A DNA stretch of 64,000 nucleotides from Macrostomum lignano (Eukaryota), in NCBI GenBank assembly GCA_002269645.1, contig NIVC01001755.1, forward strand, positions 29,944 to 93,943. The letters are read 5' to 3'. This document shows, in pieces, positions 58,901-64,000 of the stretch. Each line of letters starts with the position of its first letter. Positions within the stretch are counted from its first letter, which is position 1. The notes beneath the pieces are model-generated. The model had not been told where the DNA came from. It ran no database searches and saw only the letters and a list, made by a program, of their open reading frames with translations. A program made the translations under genes and the position numbers.

Positions 58901-60085
58901 TCACAAGGTCGATAGCACCTTTCACAAGATCGAAATTTTGCAACGTAGAAAACTGCTGCATAGTTCTTGTTATATTAAGTTTTCGACGTTGTGAAATTTC
59001 GAGCTTATGAAGTTTCGACCTTGTGAAAGTGGCTGCTATTTGAGTTTCGATATTGTGAAATTTCGACCTTGTGAAGTTTCGACCTTGTGAAATAATTTAC
59101 TTTTCGACGTTGTGAAATTTCGAACTTGTGAAAGCACCCCCCTAATTGGATCATCAGGATCCCTAATTGGATCATCAGGGTCCCTAATTGGATTATCAAT
59201 ATCCCTAATCGGATTATCCAGATCCCTAATCCGATTATCCAGATCCCTAATCGGATTATCAATATCCCTAATCGAATTATCCAGATCCCTTATCGTATTA
59301 TCAAGATCTCTAATCGGATTATCCAGATCTCTAATCGGGTTATCCAGATCCCTAATCGGGTTATCCAGATCCCTAATCGGGTTATCCAGATCCCTAATCG
59401 GGTTATCCAGATCCCTAATCGGGTTATCCAGATCCCTAATCGGGTTATCCAGATCCCTAATCGGGTTATCCAGATCCATAATCGGGTTATCCAGATCCAT
59501 AATCGGGTTATCCAGATCCCTAATCGGGTTATCCAGATCCCTAATCGGATTATCCAGATCCCTAATCGGATTATAAGGATACCTAATCGGTTTAGGTATC
59601 ATATTCACAATCCCTAATCATATTCACAAGGTCCCTAATCATATTCACAAGATCCCTAATCAGATTCACAAGATACTTAATCAGATTCACAAGATCCCTA
59701 ATCAGATTCACAAGATCCCTAATCAGATTCACAAGATCGTGATATACAGCAATCACGATAATAACGTTGTCGTTCCTTAAAACCCCTTCAACAGGTGAAT
59801 CCCGACTTGTACGCTCTGTTGCCAAGCAACTCAAACCGACGCCGTCCACCAAGGCAGCAGCAGCAGCAATCAGGCAACAAGCAAGCAAAGCACAAGAAGC
59901 AGTCGGAACAGGCGCAAGAGTCGGCAAGATCAAAGGCTGAACAGGCCGCAGGCCGGGGCCACGTGTTCGGCGGAGTTCGCGCTGTCAACCGGAAGCGTCG
60001 CGATGTTCGCGACGCCAAGAAAGCCAGACGAAAAATTCGCAAAGCCAAGGCCAAGGCCAGAGCCAAGGAGGCGGTGTCTGCTTGA
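54976..60085 (+). CDS. DDX52: DEAD-box RNA helicase DDX52/ROK1, exons 54976-55407, 56386-56677, 57233-57402, 58276-58697, 59795-60085; one frameshift at ~56643
   Basis: [15 protein letters not shown]-motif [62 protein letters not shown], basic C-terminal tail. Confidence 0.88.
55457..56281 (-). mobile_element. Full-length GA-core hAT MITE in DDX52 intron 1
   Basis: 15-bp perfect TIR AGGGGTTGGCAAACT at both ends; both subterminal regions match copies at 26673 and 53541; interior is a ~650-bp CT/GA tract including (CT)n. TSD not preserved. Confidence 0.8.
56690..57130. repeat. 15-16-bp minisatellite (GTGCAGAGTAGGGGT) in DDX52 intron 2
   Basis: Directly visible. Confidence 0.95.
57470..58260. 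repeat. Degenerate ~33-bp repeat (TCTTATCTAATCTCATCCTCCATCTCAAGCA) in DDX52 intron 3
   Basis: Directly visible, diverged. Confidence 0.85.
58712..59745. repeat. 21-bp minisatellite (CCCTAATCGGATTATCAGGAT and variants) in DDX52 intron 4
   Basis: Directly visible; split by a MITE. Confidence 0.94.
58877..59141. mobile_element. MULE-like MITE (~265 bp) with ~40-bp TIRs and G-run termini
   Basis: GGGGGGTTTCAAAAACTCGAAATTTCACAAGGTCGA vs reverse complement GGGGGTGCTTTCACAAGTTCGAAATTTCACAACGTCGA; flanks (C)CTAATTG on both sides, though the TSD is ambiguous inside a tandem array. Confidence 0.65.
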
Positions 60086-60259
60086 GACTTCAGGACTGTG
60101 CTGGACCCTTGATTCTTCCAATGAATTTGAGAATTTGCAGTAAATTTGTCACTCTTTAAGTACAAGGCATTTTCTGCTTGAATCTTCTAGCATTTTCAAA
60201 TTGAATTATTTCGACAATTTTTTGTCAATTATTTTTGTATTTATCTAGCCCATATAGCT

Positions 60260-61085
60260 ATTATATAACACCCCCAATTATCCCATATTTCCTTATCTAA
60301 CACCCCCAATTATCCAATTATCCCATGTCCCCTTATCTAGCACCCCCAATTATCCCATGTCCCCTTATCTAGCACCTTTAATTATCCCATATTCCCTTAT
60401 CTAACACCCCCAATTATCCCATATTCCCTTGTCTAACACCCCTAATTATCCCATATTCCCTTATCTAACACCCCATTATCCAAAGTTCCCTTATCTAACA
60501 TCCCTAATTATCCCATGTTCCCTTGTCTAACGCCCCCAATTATCCCATATTCGCTTGTCTAACACCCCTAGTTATCCCATGTTCTCTTATCTAACACCCC
60601 CAATTATCCAATTATCCCATGTCCCCTTATCTAACACCCCTAATTATCCCATGTTCCCTTATCTAGCACCTTTAACTATCTCATATTCCCTTATCTAACA
60701 CCCCCAATTATCCAATGTTCCAATATCTAACACCCCCCAATTATCCCATGTCCCCTTATCTAACACCCCTAATTATCACATGTCCCCTTATCTAACACCC
60801 CTAATTATCCCGTTTCCCCTTATCTAGCACCTTTAACTATCTCATATTCCCTTATCTAACACCCCCAATTATCCAATGTTCCATTATCTAACACCCCCCA
60901 ATTATCCCATGTCCCCTTATCTAACACCCCTAATTATCACATGTCCCCTTATCTAACACCCCTAATTATCCAATGTTCCCTTATATAGCACCTTTAATTA
61001 TCGCATATTCCCTTATCTAACACCCCATTATCCAAAGTTCCCTTATCTAACATCCCATTATCTATAGTTTCCTTATCTAACACCA
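60260..61085. repeat. ~29-bp minisatellite (AATTATCCCATGTCCCCTTATCTAACACCCC) between DDX52 and DDHD1
   Basis: Directly visible. Confidence 0.93.
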
Positions 61086-61222
61086 CCCAGTTACGCCACA
61101 CCTTAATTCGATCCCATAAATCGACATTAAAACGAGCCCTATGCTTCAATTCATGCTCCCAATGCCCAGTCCAATAACTCATCTACACGGTTTGGCATAG
61201 TCAGTCCATAAATCAAATCTGG

Positions 61223-62756
61223 ATGGCAGACTCTTCTGAGGTGCAGCTAACGGAACGCGAAGGCCTGTCTTACAGAGACCAGTGCCGCTACAGAGGCATT
61301 GACCCACTGACTAGCGCATCTACGGATTCCTACCTGCGCGATTACGATGCTTTGTCCTTCTCCTCTGAGGATGTGTCATCCACTGCTTCATCGACTACAA
61401 ATAACCCGGAGTACGCGGCCGCGGCTGCTAGGATTAATAGCGAGCCATGACTAATCCGCTGTATCCGGCTAACGACTGCGTTGCCGAGCTGCGACCGGAA
61501 GAGGTGAATAATGGTCTAAACATCGCACCTATGAAAGTCTAAAATCGATCTTATAGTGGCCTAAGAATCGCCCCATATGATGGCCTGAGAATCGCCTTAA
61601 TGGTAGCCTAAGAATCGCTCTTAAATAGGCCTAAGAATCGCTCTTAAATAAGCCTAAGAATCGCCCTTACATAGGCCTAAAAATCGCCCTTAAATAGGCC
61701 TAAAAATCGCCCTTAAATAGGCCTAAGAATCGCCCTTAAATAGGCCTAAAAATCGCCCTTAAAAAGGCCTAAGAATCGCCCTTAAATAGGCCTAAGAATC
61801 GCCCTTAAATAGGCCTAAGAATCGCCCTTAAATAGGCATAAGAATCGCCCTTAAATAGGCCTAAGAATCGCCCTTAAATAGGCCTAAGAATCGCCCTTAA
61901 ATAGGCCTAAGAATCGCCCTTAAATAAGAATCGCCCTTAAATAGGCCTAAGAATCGCCCTTAAATAGGCCTAAGAATCGCCCTTAAATAGGCCTAAGAAT
62001 CGCCCTTAAATAGCCTAAGAATCGCCCTTAAATAGGCCTAAGAATCGCTCTTAAATAGGCCTTAGAATCGCCCTTAAATAGGCCTAAGAATCGCCCTTAA
62101 ATAAGCCTAAGAATCGCCCTTAAATAAGCCTAAGAATCGCCCTAATGGTAGCCTAAGAATCGCCCTTAAATAGGCCTAAGAATCGCCATTAAATAGGCCT
62201 AAGAATCGCCCTTAAATAGGCCTAAGAATCGCCCTAATGGTAGCCTAAGAATCGCCCTTATATTGGCCTAAGAATCGCCTTAATGGTAGCCTAAGAATCG
62301 CCCTTAAATAGGCCTAAGAATCGCCCTTAAATAGGCCTAAGAATCGCCCTAATGGTAGCCTAAGAATCGCCCTTATATTGGCCTAAGAATCGCCTTAATG
62401 GTAGCCTAAGAATCGCCCTTAAATAGGCCTAAGAATCGCCCCTAAATAGGCCTAAGAATCGCCCTTATAATGGCCTCACAATCGCCCCTATATAAATACA
62501 AAACGCCTACTACAATCCCAGATCCGCTGGTTCTACCAAGAGGAAGGCGAGAAAAAATGGCTGCCATTTAATGGCTACGATTCGCTGAGATTAGAGTGCA
62601 AGCACCGCGAACTCTTGTGCACTGCCGCTGGTGCCGCAGCCGAAGCTCCAGCTACTGGTGGCAGCGGCGACAGCCACACGGAGAAGATCCTAGTCCGGGG
62701 TGGCCTGTTTGAAGCTGACATCGCGGCTAGAAGTTGTCGGCCAATCTATTGGTCAG
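61223..62756 (+). CDS. DDHD1: 5' part of DDHD1-like phospholipase (PA-PLA1); exons 61223(or 61447)-61503, 62522-62756, continuing beyond the window
   Basis: VAELRPEE|IRWFYQEEGEKKWLPFNGYDSLRLE...ILVRGGLFEADIAARSCRPIYW resembles the DDHD1 N-terminal region (ELGPEEVRWFY...PFIGYDSLRIE...VRGGLYEVD...YPVYW); paralogue identity not tested. Confidence 0.8.
61560..62490. repeat. 23-bp minisatellite (GCCCTTAAATAGGCCTAAGAATC) in DDHD1 intron 1
   Basis: Directly visible. Confidence 0.96.
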
Positions 62757-62924
62757 GTAAAAGTTTAAAATTAGTGTAGTTTGATTGATTGCAATATTAG
62801 CCACCTTGATGATAGCATATCTGAATTCATTTATAAATACCTACTTAGTAGTAGCATGTAATATGGCGTTTACACAATTCCTATTTGTTTTTTTAACTTC
62901 TCTGACCGTATTTAAATATAATGA

Positions 62925-64000
62925 GGGTAGCGGTGTCAGCACTAATAAGACCTGAGGAGGGTAGCGGTGTCAGCACTAATAAGACCTGAGGAGGGTAGCG
63001 GTGTCAGTGCACTGAATGCCCTGAGGAGGGTAGCGGTGTCACTGCACTGAGTGACCTGAGGAGGGTAGCGGTGTCAGTGCACTAAATGACCTGAGGAGGG
63101 TAGCGGTGTCAGTGCACTGAATGCCCTGAGGAGGGTAGCGGTGTCAGTGCACTGAATGCCCTGAGGAGGGTAGCGGTGTCAGTGCACTAAATGACCTGAG
63201 GAGGGTAGCGGTGTCAGTGCACTGAATGCCCTGAGGAGGGTAGCGGTGTCAGTGCACTGAATGCCCTGAGGAGGGTAGCGGTGTCAGTGCACTGATGCCC
63301 TGAGGAGGGTAGCGGTGTCAGTGCACTAAATACCTGAGGAGGTAGCGGTGTCAGTGCACTGAATGCCCTGAGGAGGTAGCGGTGTCAGTGCACTGAATGC
63401 CCTGAGGAGGGTAGCGGTGTCAGTGCACTAAATGACCTGAGGAGGGTAGCGGTGTCAGTGCACTGAATGCCCTGAGGGTAGCGGTGTCAGTGCACTAATG
63501 ACTGAGGGGTAGCGGTCGTGTCAGTGCACTAAATGACCTGAGGAGGGTAGCGGTGTCAGTGCACTGAATGCCCTGAGGAGGGTAGCGGTGTCAGTGCACT
63601 GAATGACCTGAGGGGGTAGCGGTGTCAGTGCACTGAATGCCCTGAGGAGGGTAGCGGTGTCAGTGCACTAAATGCCTGAGGAGGGTAGCGGTGTCAGTGC
63701 ACTAAATGCCTGAGGGTAGGTGCGTGCAGTGCACTATAATGACCTGAGGAGGGTAGCGGTGTCAGTGCACTAAATGACCTGAGGAGGGTAGCGGTGTCAG
63801 TGCACTGAATGCCCTGAGGAGGGTAGCGGTGTCAGTGCACTAAATGACCTGAGGGAGGGTAGCGACCGATGTCAGTGCACTGAATGCCCTGAGGAGGGTA
63901 GCGGTGTCAGTGCACTAAATGACCTGAGGAGGGTAGCGGTGTCAGTGCACTGAATGCCCTGAGGAGGGTAGCGGTGTCAGTGCACTAAATGACCTGAGGA
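62925..64000. repeat. 35-bp minisatellite (GAGGAGGGTAGCGGTGTCAGTGCACTGAATGCCCT) in DDHD1 intron 2, runs off the window
   Basis: Directly visible; several units carry scattered 1-3-bp indels. Confidence 0.96.

Overview
This is eukaryotic (animal) genomic DNA, not prokaryotic: it has GT-AG spliced genes, DNA-transposon and LINE relics, and about 20 different micro/minisatellite arrays. The style is most consistent with a minisatellite-rich invertebrate such as the flatworm Macrostomum (inference, not verified). Most long ORFs in the supplied track are repeat artefacts. Genes reconstructed by hand: an intronless GT32/DXD glycosyltransferase, an intronless nodulin-like MFS transporter, a tight same-strand trio MPST-like sulfurtransferase / GFRP (GCHFR, missed by the ORF track) / RFT1, a 14-exon CNBD2-like cyclic-nucleotide-binding protein with an acidic N-terminus, a PAN/C-type-lectin pseudogene, DDX52/ROK1, and the 5' end of a DDHD1-like phospholipase. 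Mobile DNA: an RTE-like 3' fragment, a 5'-truncated RT-RNaseH LINE, a Harbinger transposase fragment, two degenerate Chapaev-type transposases, and several MITEs (hAT, CACTA-like, MULE-like). Main points of interest: an operon-like arrangement with orphan splice acceptors just before each ATG; large introns each filled by a different minisatellite; a hAT MITE family with an expanding GA-rich core; a Gypsy-integrase-like fragment captured in a minisatellite; and recurrent frameshifts at G/C runs in otherwise intact genes (probably long-read assembly errors). No CRISPR, rRNA or tRNA was recognised. All family assignments are from motif recognition, not database searches.
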